Below are positions 1 to 8,744 of a stretch of 64,000 bases of DNA, piece by piece. The stretch comes from Alphaproteobacteria bacterium. Lineage in GTDB: Bacteria; Pseudomonadota; Alphaproteobacteria; G965222575. The notes under the pieces were generated by a model that ran no database searches, had not been told where the DNA came from, and saw only the letters and a list, made by a program, of their open reading frames with translations. The first letter of the stretch is position 1. The number at the start of each line of letters is the position of its first letter. The stretch covers positions 1,120,001 to 1,184,000 of the forward strand of contig OZ244958.1 in the NCBI GenBank assembly GCA_965222575.1, in the 5' to 3' direction. The position numbers and the translations under genes were made by a program.

Positions 1-1503
1 TTTTACGGACAACATCTCCTAGATATCATAGGCCATGTGGCTCATCATTCTTCTGGTGTGATTCAACAAGGGGATGGCAACAGCTTACAATCAAAAGATA
101 ACGGGAATTCTGCTTTGTTGAAAGCTTCTTTTTTGCTCTATAATCTTCATCTTTTTGAGGGACAATTCCAATTTTATAGAAATACCGCTCAAGAGCCTAA
201 CAATGGAGCAAACACACGACTAGGCACACGCAATCCTATTGTGAATAAGCAAACAAATGATACCCAATGGAGCATGAAATATGCTTTTGATGATTTTGCT
301 AATAAGGTATTTAAGCCTAAAGTGCATGTGTATTATAAAAGCACTGGGGTAGAAGAGACAGATACGTTAGCTGAGGGCATCAACGCCGCTACTCAGGTAC
401 AATTGCGTCATATGAAAACTTACGGTTTTCATATGGACAATCAAGCACGCCTGAAAATACAAAAGCTTGACTATATCTTAACCATAGGGGTAGATATTCT
501 CAAGAATAGCCAGCTTGGAAGTAATAGCATGGAGACAGATAACAGTCGGGGTGGAGTTCCTAATGCAGAAGTTGTTCATAAAGGGTTTTATTTTCAGAAA
601 GAGTTGAAAAGTGCTACAACTGCTAAGAGGAAATTTTCTCTTATTCTAGGGGGGCGCATGGATACCTATAAAAGCTACAATAGCAGTAAGAGCAAGGAAA
701 AAAAGTCTCAAGGGTTTTCTCCTAAAATTAGCCTTACTTATTGGCCTAGTAAGATTATCATGCTGTTTGGTTCTTGGTCTTCAGCCTTTCGTGCCCCTTC
801 TCTTACAGAGACTTTTGCTTCTGGGGTACACTTTCCGGAGGAAGATGAAGGAAGAGTAGTGATAGTAAATGGGAGAGTAGTGTTTAATCATTTTCTTCCT
901 AATACTGACCTTGCATCTGAAAAGCTTACGAACTTTGAAGTAGGTGCAGGGCTCAACCTTACGCATCTTCTCCTGCCTAAAGACCGTTTGACAATAAAAG
1001 GCGTTTGGTTCAAAGGGAAAGGCTCAAATCTTATCAATCAGAAGATTACACGCTCAAAACTCCCAACACAAAGCACAACACAATTTATCAATGTAAGCAA
1101 TGCAACCATCACAGGGTTTGAACTAGAAACACACTACCAAACACAACGCTTCAACTTAAAAGTAGGAGCCTCTTATGTCAAAGTCACAGATAAGAAGACA
1201 GGAGAATTTTTATCTGGTAACGTTCCTCTCACAATACTTATAGAGGGGCGCTATCGTCTATGGGACTCCATGATGATAGGGTGGCGCGCTCGAAAAATAG
1301 CGGACAATGATAGAGTGATAAAAAATCTCACCCCAACGGACGGATACCTCGTACAAGATATCTACTTTCGCTGGACTTTTCAGCAAGAAGTCGTAGCAGA
1401 ATTCGGTATAGAAAATCTTGCTAATGTAGCGTACAAAAAGAGTTCTATTTCTTTTATAGAAGAAGGAAGAAGCTATAGTTTTCGCCTGAGGTACACATGG
1501 TAA
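1..1503 (+). CDS. TonB-dependent haem/haemoglobin receptor, C-terminal part (gene probably begins before the window)
   Basis: Beta-barrel-like ORF with FRAP motif (AFRAPSLTE), NL-type motif (IENLAN) and terminal aromatic residue (YTW); directly upstream of tonB-hmuSTUV. Confidence 0.85.
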   Translation, partial: FYGQHLLDIIGHVAHHSSGVIQQGDGNSLQSKDNGNSALLKASFLLYNLHLFEGQFQFYRNTAQEPNNGANTRLGTRNPIVNKQTNDTQWSMKYAFDDFANKVFKPKVHVYYKSTGVEETDTLAEGINAATQVQLRHMKTYGFHMDNQARLKIQKLDYILTIGVDILKNSQLGSNSMETDNSRGGVPNAEVVHKGFYFQKELKSATTAKRKFSLILGGRMDTYKSYNSSKSKEKKSQGFSPKISLTYWPSKIIMLFGSWSSAFRAPSLTETFASGVHFPEEDEGRVVIVNGRVVFNHFLPNTDLASEKLTNFEVGAGLNLTHLLLPKDRLTIKGVWFKGKGSNLINQKITRSKLPTQSTTQFINVSNATITGFELETHYQTQRFNLKVGASYVKVTDKKTGEFLSGNVPLTILIEGRYRLWDSMMIGWRARKIADNDRVIKNLTPTDGYLVQDIYFRWTFQQEVVAEFGIENLANVAYKKSSISFIEEGRSYSFRLRYTW

Positions 1504-2292
1504 AGACTTTTCTTACAGGCATATTTTTATCTGCGCTTATGCATGGATTGGTTCTACTAGCTCCTCTGCATCAACCAGAAACGAAAGGGTTTCACCCATT
1601 GGTTGTCTCTTTTGTAGCCCAAGAATTCAACTCTTCTCCTCCTCCTTTACCGCTCTTGCGCCTAAGAGACAAAGCCACAACTCCTCATGACAAAGAGCAT
1701 ACGGCTTCTCCTCCTCCACTACCGCTCTTGCGCCTAAGAGACAAAGCCACAACTCCTCATGACAAAGAGCATACGGCTTCTCCTCCTCCACTACTGCTCT
1801 TGCGCCTGACAAAGAGCATACGGCTTCTCCTCCTCCACTACTGCTCTTGCGCCTAGGAGACAAAGCCACAACTCCTCATGACAAAGAGTATACGGCTTCT
1901 CCTCCATACTGCTCTTGCGCCTAGGAGACAAAGCCACAACTCCTCATGACTTCGAGCGTACACAGCCTCTCGCTACTCCTCAAAAAATAAAGAAAAGGAG
2001 TCTGAAAAAAGAGAAGGTGTCTGTTATCACTAACCCAAAGTATCGTTATCGGGTTCCGCCTGACTATCCTCAAAGAGCATTAGATTTACGCCAAGAAGGG
2101 GTGGTGATAGTCCATGCTAAAGTTTTAGAAAATGGAAAAGTAGGGGCATTAAAAATTGAGCGTTCTTCTGGCTATATTCTTTTGGATACTGCAACATTGT
2201 CAGCGCTTAAGAAGTGGGAATTTGAACCAAGCTACAGAGATGGCAAGGCGGAAGTTTCTTGGGTAGAAATTCCTGTACGTTTTGTTCCGTGA
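1497..2292 (+). pseudogene. tonB: TonB energy transducer split by out-of-frame tandem repeats (ORFs 1497-1856 and 1915-2292)
   Basis: N-terminal TM with SxxxH (SALMH) in the first ORF; TonB C-domain (PDYPQRA..EGVV..SSG..LD...W.FEP) in the second; Pro-rich repeat linker between them. Confidence 0.8.
1633..1950 (+). repeat. 72-bp tandem repeat, 5 units (two altered by deletions)
   Basis: Units start at 1633, 1705, 1777 (47 bp), 1824 and 1896 (partial); unit encodes SPPPLPLLRLRDKATTPHDKEHTA. Confidence 0.95.
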
Positions 2293-2309
2293 TGTAAGTA
2301 TAGTGAGAA

Positions 2310-3374
2310 ATGTATTCTAGTGAAGAGATAAGGCAAAAGCACAAAGCGTTACGTCAAGAGTCTCCGTATATTCGTTCTCGGGATGTAGCAGCGATATTAA
2401 AATTATCTGAGGGGGAATTGCTAGCCTCTTATGTTGGTGATAATGTTCATCGTTTGAAGGAGTCTCCTCAGGGGATTATTGAGCAATTTGTGTCATTGGG
2501 AGAGGTGATGGGGCTTACGCGTAATGAGCATTGTGTACATGAGTGTCATGGGGTTTATAGAGGGGCGAAATTTTTTCAACATGGAAGCAGGGTACAGGGG
2601 TTGTTAAATAATCCTGATATAGATTTACGTTTATTTTTGAATCACTGGAGGTTTTGTTTTGCGGTGACAGAGGAGGTACGCAGTGGGGTGCGCAAGAGTT
2701 TTCAATTTTTTGATTCTGAGGGGTGTGCGGTACATAAGGTTTATTTAACGGAGAGGTCTTGCGAGGAGGCTTTTGAGAAATTGGTTGTTAATTTTCGTCA
2801 TCCGTCTCAAGTCCGGGGAATTGTGACGGAGTCTGGTGTAAGAAGAGCTAGGAAGGTTGCGGATAAAGAGATTGATTGGAAGGGGTTGCGCGGGGCTTGG
2901 GAAAATCTATCGAACACCCATGATTTTTTTCCTCTGTTGAAAAAATTCAAGGTAGGGCGCGTACAGAGTTTTCGTAGAATAGGGAAAGATTTCGCTTATC
3001 CAGTGGACAATCAATCGGCTCGTGAGGTGCTTCAGATAGCGCAGAATAAAGAGTGTCCTCTTATGGTGTTTGTAAGTAATAGAGGTTGTCTTCAGATTTA
3101 TTCAGGTTTTGTGAAGAAACTTGTAGAACATGGTTGTTGGTATAATGTTTTGGATTCAACATTTCATTTACATTTGCGAGAAGAGGGCATTGGCCAAACT
3201 TGGGTAACGCGCAAACCGACAGATGATGGGATTGTGACTTCTTTAGAGGTATTTGATAAGGAAGAGCGTTTAATCATTCAGTTTTTTGGCAAGCGCAAGC
3301 CCGGCATAAAAGAGCTTCAATCATGGCGCAACATCATAGAGGCTTTGCCTTCTCTCAGTACAAGAGCTTCATGA
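2310..3374 (+). CDS. hmuS: Haemin-degrading/trafficking protein HmuS/ChuS
   Basis: SEGEL, TRNEHCVHE, DLRLF, SFQFFD..G.AVHK, VRKPT-like and FGKRKPG motifs; operon context. Confidence 0.92.
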   Translation: MYSSEEIRQKHKALRQESPYIRSRDVAAILKLSEGELLASYVGDNVHRLKESPQGIIEQFVSLGEVMGLTRNEHCVHECHGVYRGAKFFQHGSRVQGLLNNPDIDLRLFLNHWRFCFAVTEEVRSGVRKSFQFFDSEGCAVHKVYLTERSCEEAFEKLVVNFRHPSQVRGIVTESGVRRARKVADKEIDWKGLRGAWENLSNTHDFFPLLKKFKVGRVQSFRRIGKDFAYPVDNQSAREVLQIAQNKECPLMVFVSNRGCLQIYSGFVKKLVEHGCWYNVLDSTFHLHLREEGIGQTWVTRKPTDDGIVTSLEVFDKEERLIIQFFGKRKPGIKELQSWRNIIEALPSLSTRAS

Positions 3375-4222
3375 TGTGTCGTTGTGTTTGGTTTTTGCTA
3401 TTATTAGCATATGTTGTACCTTGTGAAGCAAAGGAAAGTCGCATTGTTTGCGTTGGTGGGGTTCTAACAGAGATTTTATATACTCTTGGTGCAGGTCATT
3501 TGCTTGTAGGCAGTGACATTAGCAGTACTTATCCTGAGGTTGCAAAGAAATTGCCTAAAGTAGGATATGTCCGCACTTTATCTGCAGAAGGGATTTTGTC
3601 TTTAGCGCCGGATTTGGTGATAATAACAGACCAAGCGGGGCCACAAGCTTCTGTTTCGCAGATAAAAAGCACAGGCGTTGATATGCTAGTTTTGAAGTCT
3701 CCGCGTTCTTTAGATGATGTACAGGAAGTCATCAAGGTATTGGCAGCGGTGTTGGAACGCGTAGCTGAAGGAGAGCGGTTAATTGAGAAGATAGAGCAAG
3801 AGGCTAAGGTCTTGTCTGAGACGGTGAAGCAGCAGGGTAGGGCATGGCGTGTTTTATTTATTTTGCATCATGGTACGGGAGCGCCTATGGTAGCAGGTGT
3901 TGGCACAGCAGCAGATCATATCATTACGCTCTCTGGAGGCAAAAACGTTGTGACAACCTATAAAGGGTACAAGGCGTTAACGCCTGAGAGTTCTGTTGCC
4001 TTAAAGCCGGATATTATTCTCATGACCAAAAGGGGTCTTGAGCAGTTTGGCGGCAAGGAGCGTTTAGTACAACATCCCGGTCTTTCTTTAACGACAGCTG
4101 TTCAAAATGGCCGCATTATAGCTATGGATGCGCTGTTTTTATTAGGATTTGGTCCACGCACTATTGAAGCGGCCTTAGCGTTACACCGTCAGTATCAAGT
4201 GTATTATCCCTTTTCGCAGTAG
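3371..4222 (+). CDS. hmuT: Haemin ABC transporter periplasmic binding protein
   Basis: VGYVRTLSAEGILSL and GFGPR motifs; ATG at 3371 overlaps the hmuS stop and begins a signal peptide. Confidence 0.9.
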   Translation: MMCRCVWFLLLLAYVVPCEAKESRIVCVGGVLTEILYTLGAGHLLVGSDISSTYPEVAKKLPKVGYVRTLSAEGILSLAPDLVIITDQAGPQASVSQIKSTGVDMLVLKSPRSLDDVQEVIKVLAAVLERVAEGERLIEKIEQEAKVLSETVKQQGRAWRVLFILHHGTGAPMVAGVGTAADHIITLSGGKNVVTTYKGYKALTPESSVALKPDIILMTKRGLEQFGGKERLVQHPGLSLTTAVQNGRIIAMDALFLLGFGPRTIEAALALHRQYQVYYPFSQ

Positions 4223-4223
4223 C

Positions 4224-5237
4224 ATGATCCCATTTCGGCGCAAGCAACTATGGGTTTTAGGGAGCTTACTATTCGCATTGTGTGTCATGGTTGTATTAGC
4301 AGCTTTTACAGGTGTTGTGTCTATTCCTATTTTATCAGTATTTTCAGGGTCATTAGAAAAAGAGCAAGTGGCAGTGTTATTGTCTATTCGTTTTCCGAGG
4401 ATACTGCTTGCTTGTGCAGTAGGTATGTCTTTAGCGATTTCTGGAGCGGCTTTACAGGGTTTATTTCGCAATCCTCTAGCTGATCCGGGACTGATAGGCA
4501 TTTCTAGCGGAGCAGCCTTAGCTGTTGCGGTTTTGCTTGTTTTAGGAGGGAATGCTTTTGGAGCCCTTGGCTTATATAGTCTGAGTATAGGAGCATTTTT
4601 GGGAGGGATTGTGACCTGCTGGATAATTTTGAAGATAGCGCAGCACAATGATACGGTTTCGATGTCTTATATGCTGTTTACGGGGATAGCTCTCAACGCT
4701 CTTGCAGGAGCAGGTGTTGGTTTTTTATTGTACATGAGTGATAATGAGCAACTGCGCACACTCACTTTTTGGACTATGGGCACTTTGGGGGGGGCTTTAT
4801 GGCCGTCTGTAGTGGTGATGGTGACAATAGCAGTTCCCTCTATGGTATTTTTGATGCGTTTTGCTGGTCAGTTGAATATTTTTCTTTTAGGGGAGAAAGA
4901 AGCTTGGCACTTAGGAGTGGATAGTGGACGTTTGAAGCGTCGGATTATTGTGTGTGTGTCTTTGTTAATAGGGTCTTGCGTAGCAGTGAGTGGTATTATA
5001 GGATTTATAGGCTTAGTTGTGCCCCATATTCTGCGTTTAAGTATAGGAGCGGATAACAGGCTTTTGTTACCATCTTGTTGTTTATTGGGGGCTTTGTTGT
5101 TATTGAGTGCTGATACGCTCTCGCGCATTGTGATAGCGCCTGCTGAAATGCCTGTTGGTATTATCACTTCTTTGGTAGGAGGGCCATTTTTTTTATGGCT
5201 TTTGGTACGCAGTAAGCAGATGAAAGGAGCTGTATGA
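4224..5237 (+). CDS. hmuU: Haemin ABC transporter permease (FecCD family)
   Basis: RFPR, QGLFRNPLADPGLIGISSGA, GIIGFIGLVVPH and GGPFF motifs. Confidence 0.93.
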   Translation: MIPFRRKQLWVLGSLLFALCVMVVLAAFTGVVSIPILSVFSGSLEKEQVAVLLSIRFPRILLACAVGMSLAISGAALQGLFRNPLADPGLIGISSGAALAVAVLLVLGGNAFGALGLYSLSIGAFLGGIVTCWIILKIAQHNDTVSMSYMLFTGIALNALAGAGVGFLLYMSDNEQLRTLTFWTMGTLGGALWPSVVVMVTIAVPSMVFLMRFAGQLNIFLLGEKEAWHLGVDSGRLKRRIIVCVSLLIGSCVAVSGIIGFIGLVVPHILRLSIGADNRLLLPSCCLLGALLLLSADTLSRIVIAPAEMPVGIITSLVGGPFFLWLLVRSKQMKGAV

Positions 5238-5977
5238 TAGAAGGGCGTAATATTTGTTATATTGCTGATAACAAAGCGATATTAGATAAGGTTTCCCTTA
5301 AAATCCACAGGGGAGAGATGGTAGCGCTTTTGGGTCCCAACGGAGCTGGCAAGACGTCTTTGCTACAATGCTTGACGGGGTGGTTGAAGGTGACAAAAGG
5401 GGAGGTAATCATGGAGAATAAATGTTTGCATACTTGGGATCATTACGCGCTTTCTTGTAAGCGTGCGGTTTTATCACAAAGTACGCCTATAGGGTTTCCG
5501 TTTACAGTGGAAGATATTGTTTTTATGGGGCGTAGTTTATATGGTTATGAAAGGTCTTACGAGGACAGAGAGATTGTCCGTGAGGCTTTAGAAAGTGTTG
5601 AGATGTGGTCTTTCCGGGATCGTCTTTTTCCGACGTTATCTGGAGGAGAGCAGAGGCGTGTACATTTAGCGAGGATTTTCACTCAAGTATGGTGTGAAAA
5701 AAAAGCCTATATATTTTTAGATGAGCCGATATCCTCTTTAGATTTGAAGTATCAGCATCATATTTTAAGTCTTATGAGTAGGTTTTTGAAGGAGAAAGGG
5801 TGGGCAATTTGTTTAGTGATTCACGATATTTCTTTAGCGGTTCAATATGCTAACAGAGTAGCGTTACTTCATAAGGGGAAAGTGGTAGAGTATGGGACAC
5901 CTGTATCGGTTTTATCTCCCCGGAATATACAAACAGTTTTTGACATTTCACCTGAACTATTAAAGAATAGAATATAG
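5234..5977 (+). CDS. hmuV: Haemin ABC transporter ATPase
   Basis: Walker A GPNGAGKT, LSGGE signature, Walker B LDEP. Confidence 0.92.
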   Translation: MIEGRNICYIADNKAILDKVSLKIHRGEMVALLGPNGAGKTSLLQCLTGWLKVTKGEVIMENKCLHTWDHYALSCKRAVLSQSTPIGFPFTVEDIVFMGRSLYGYERSYEDREIVREALESVEMWSFRDRLFPTLSGGEQRRVHLARIFTQVWCEKKAYIFLDEPISSLDLKYQHHILSLMSRFLKEKGWAICLVIHDISLAVQYANRVALLHKGKVVEYGTPVSVLSPRNIQTVFDISPELLKNRI

Positions 5978-5993
5978 AGGGGGGGGAGTAGTA

Positions 5994-6239
5994 ATGATAG
6001 TTGTTAAAATGTCTCATACAGAAGAGGAGTCCTTAAAACAATGTCTTCGTTTGAAGAAGGCATTGGATGTTTTGTATCAATTGTTGATGGAGCTTAGGCA
6101 AAGAGCGTTACATGAGAAGAGGGATGGAGTGAATGAAGCTGGTGTTATGATGATAGTGTTATCAAAGCGCTTGACAGGCTTCCATGCATTGCTCAAAGCA
6201 GCGCGCAAGGAAGCTAATAAAATAAAGCATAGACACTAG
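5994..6239 (+). CDS. Small helical hypothetical protein, paralogue of 23000-23236
   Basis: Purine-rich RBS upstream; gapless similarity to ORF 23000-23236. Confidence 0.65.
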   Translation: MIVVKMSHTEEESLKQCLRLKKALDVLYQLLMELRQRALHEKRDGVNEAGVMMIVLSKRLTGFHALLKAARKEANKIKHRH

Positions 6240-6424
6240 ACTTTGCCGCCGCTTTTCTGTCAGTTATGGGAAGGGGATTAATTATCTCGGAAATCAGTCT
6301 TATCGTTACAATGAGAAGAATTTTCTGTCTTTGACAAGTTTGCGCCATCGCATAGTGCCGATTTCGCCATTGGGAGAAGGCCCTCGTTGCTGTTGAGTCG
6401 GGCGGGTAGGCGGGGTAGGTACTA

Positions 6425-6460
6425 GTTATAGCTTCCATTCCAATATTGTTGTGCTATAAT
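6425..6460 (+). CRISPR. Orphan perfect CRISPR repeat 260 bp upstream of the array
   Basis: Exact copy of GTTATAGCTTCCATTCCAATATTGTTGTGCTATAAT. Confidence 0.97.
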
Positions 6461-6466
6461 TAAGGC

Positions 6467-6495
6467 TTGACAAACAAGTATTTTTATGCTATATT
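6467..6495 (+). promoter_or_regulatory. Sigma70-type promoter inside the repeat-flanked 260-bp segment
   Basis: TTGACA-17 nt-TATATT with extended TG. Confidence 0.7.
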
Positions 6496-6682
6496 TTCAA
6501 AATAAAGCAGATACATAAAAAGGTCAAAACAATGTTTCTAAAGGAAGAAATTAAGAGTATAGAGCTTTATTTTCTCCCAAAGCATTAAAAATGCAAGCAT
6601 GGAGAAAAAAAACTTTTAAGGAAAAACCTTTAAAGAAAAATCCTAAAAGTTAAACGAATTCCTCTGTAGTTGTTGTTGGAAT

Positions 6683-6716
6683 AGAAAGGGAAGGCAAGAG
6701 CCTTCCCTTTCTTTAT
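6683..6716 (+). terminator. Intrinsic terminator just before the first array repeat
   Basis: 13-bp perfect stem AGAAAGGGAAGGC/GCCTTCCCTTTCT, 4-nt loop, T-rich tail. Confidence 0.75.
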
Positions 6717-6720
6717 ATGG

Positions 6721-7481
6721 GTTATAGCTTCCATTCCAATATTGTTGTGCTATAATTCTGTGCCATAACAGTGCTGTACCTGCTCTGTTATAGCTTCCAT
6801 TCCAATATTGTTGTGCTATAATTTAGCCATTTCAGTCTATATACAGTCTATGTTATAGCTTCCATTCCAATATTGTTGTGCTATAATTAAGACTCAGCAC
6901 TTAAGGCTACACTCAGAGTTATAGCTTCCATTCCAATATTGTTGTGCTATAATAAAATCCTCTCCGGCACTGCTAATTCTTACGTTATAGCTTCCATTCC
7001 AATATTGTTGTGCTATAATCTTGCTCGTACAACTCACGCAAATCCAGGAGTTATAGCTTCCATTCCAATATTGTTGTGCTATAATAGTTCTAAGGGATGA
7101 GGTAAGTGTCAACCCGTTATAGCTTCCATTCCAATATTGTTGTGCTATAATCCCTGCTTGAGGTACTCTTCAATCTCCATAGTTATAGCTTCCATTCCAA
7201 TATTGTTGTGCTATAATGGGGGGTGGGTTAGAAGACATTGAATCAATGTTATAGCTTCCATTCCAATATTGTTGTGCTATAATAATTCTTTGATAGCTGT
7301 TTCCCCCATGCGAGTTATAGCTTCCATTCCAATATTGTTGTGCTATAATAAACTAGGGAGGGAATCATGGTAGAAATATGTTATAGCTTCCATTCCAATA
7401 TTGTTGTGCTATAATCTTAACATCCTTGACGACATTGAGAAGATAGTTATAGCTTCCATTCCAATATTGTTGTGCTATAAT
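6721..7481 (+). CRISPR. Type II-C CRISPR array: 12 identical 36-bp repeats, 11 unique spacers of 29-30 bp
   Basis: Repeats at 6721, 6787, 6852, 6918, 6984, 7050, 7116, 7182, 7248, 7314, 7380 and 7446; orientation from tracrRNA pairing and the terminal TGCTATAAT. Confidence 0.98.
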
Positions 7482-7527
7482 ATACCGGATGTAAGGCGCT
7501 GAAAAATGTACAGAAAGCCAAACAGTT

Positions 7528-7848
7528 TCAAAATAAAAGAAGCTGGTTGGCTTTCTGTTTTTCATTTTTTCTCTCTTTTCCTAACAAAATCTTCATCCGA
7601 CCATATTGCTTATCTGTTATCTGTAATGCTCTAATACTTCCCTTTGATGGAAGATTTTTTGTTAATCTTTGCATATGTTTCTCTACCCTGTCCTGCCCAT
7701 TACATACTCTAGCATATACTGAGTATTGTACCATCATATACCCATCTTTAAGTAGAAATTGTCGAAACCTCGTTGCTGAACGTTGCTCCTCTTTCTTTGT
7801 CACCGGAAGGTCAAAAAATACCCATAACCACATATAACGACCTATCAT
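7528..7848 (-). CDS. cas2: CRISPR-associated endonuclease Cas2
   Basis: FFDLP, FRQFLLKDGYMMVQYSVY and ITDKQY motifs. Confidence 0.95.
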   Translation of the reverse strand: MIGRYMWLWVFFDLPVTKKEEQRSATRFRQFLLKDGYMMVQYSVYARVCNGQDRVEKHMQRLTKNLPSKGSIRALQITDKQYGRMKILLGKERKNEKQKANQLLLF

Positions 7849-8744
7849 TTTTCTCCGACTCTTTCCGGATACACCAACTCATCTGTACTCTGCTGACGAC
7901 TACAGATGCTCAAATATAAGACCACTTTATCGCACGATACCTGTAATGTATGCTCTTCTCCTCCCACCCGCACTAAGATATTAAGCAAATTACACAGCTC
8001 CTCTCTATGCGCTCTTGTCAACTCCCCTTCTTTCTTCAAGTCTCCCCTCTTGTATATCTCCAATACACAACTATCTACAAAGGGACGAAACATTTCTATC
8101 AAATCATCCGCTAAATTGTAACCATTCAATGTACTGCAATGATGTAACCCAAAACAAGGCAAAAATCCATAAGATACCAATGAACGCGATAGACACGCTC
8201 GCACAATTGCATATCCATAATTCAATGCCCCATTAATAGCATCTTCTCTCCCCCTCTTAAAATCATCAAATAAAGACGGCCAATATAAACGCGCCGCATA
8301 GGATTCCAGATTATCTCTATCACCTGATTTTACCCTACCTGATATCATTTTAAGTTTACGCGCCATATCCCTATCACGTCTTTCTAAACACTGTGCCTGA
8401 TTATTGATTTTATGCTTGATAATGAATTGCCAACTACGCTTCTTAAATGCAGATGTCCAGTTTTGTTGTACATGTGCCATTTCTGTTTGCCTATGGTGCT
8501 GGTGAAAAGGCATCAGTATCCCATTAGGCATGTGCTTCTCATCACACATCACCACCACAACACCATTATTTTGTAAATGAGATAGCAGTTTGGATGTTAA
8601 AGTAACCTGATGGCTTTCTAAAACCACACAGCCTATGTCTTCCGCTGGAATAGTACTTGAACCAGAGTCGTTGGTAATACAAACCTGACCATTTTTTACC
8701 GATAGGTGCGCTTTATTTTGTATGAGAAGAGATCGCCAAGACAT
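7845..8744 (-). CDS. cas1: CRISPR-associated endonuclease Cas1 (type II)
   Basis: MSWR start, NGALNYGYAIVR, GLHH and NLADDLIEMFRPFVD motifs. Confidence 0.96.
   Translation of the reverse strand: MSWRSLLIQNKAHLSVKNGQVCITNDSGSSTIPAEDIGCVVLESHQVTLTSKLLSHLQNNGVVVVMCDEKHMPNGILMPFHQHHRQTEMAHVQQNWTSAFKKRSWQFIIKHKINNQAQCLERRDRDMARKLKMISGRVKSGDRDNLESYAARLYWPSLFDDFKRGREDAINGALNYGYAIVRACLSRSLVSYGFLPCFGLHHCSTLNGYNLADDLIEMFRPFVDSCVLEIYKRGDLKKEGELTRAHREELCNLLNILVRVGGEEHTLQVSCDKVVLYLSICSRQQSTDELVYPERVGEK

Noticed and set aside
6395-6424. Sequence before the orphan repeat as a regulatory guide against the cas9 or insert promoter
   Set aside because: No complementary target seen in those promoters
7218-7247. 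Spacer 8 shares GGTGGGTTAGAA with the reverse strand near 13627-13638 (possible self-targeting)
   Set aside because: Only 12 nt and the flanks mismatch; about one such hit is expected by chance. I saw no full protospacer in the window by eye.
6894-7565. ORFs with repeated IIAQQYWNGSYN
   Set aside because: Translations of the CRISPR repeats
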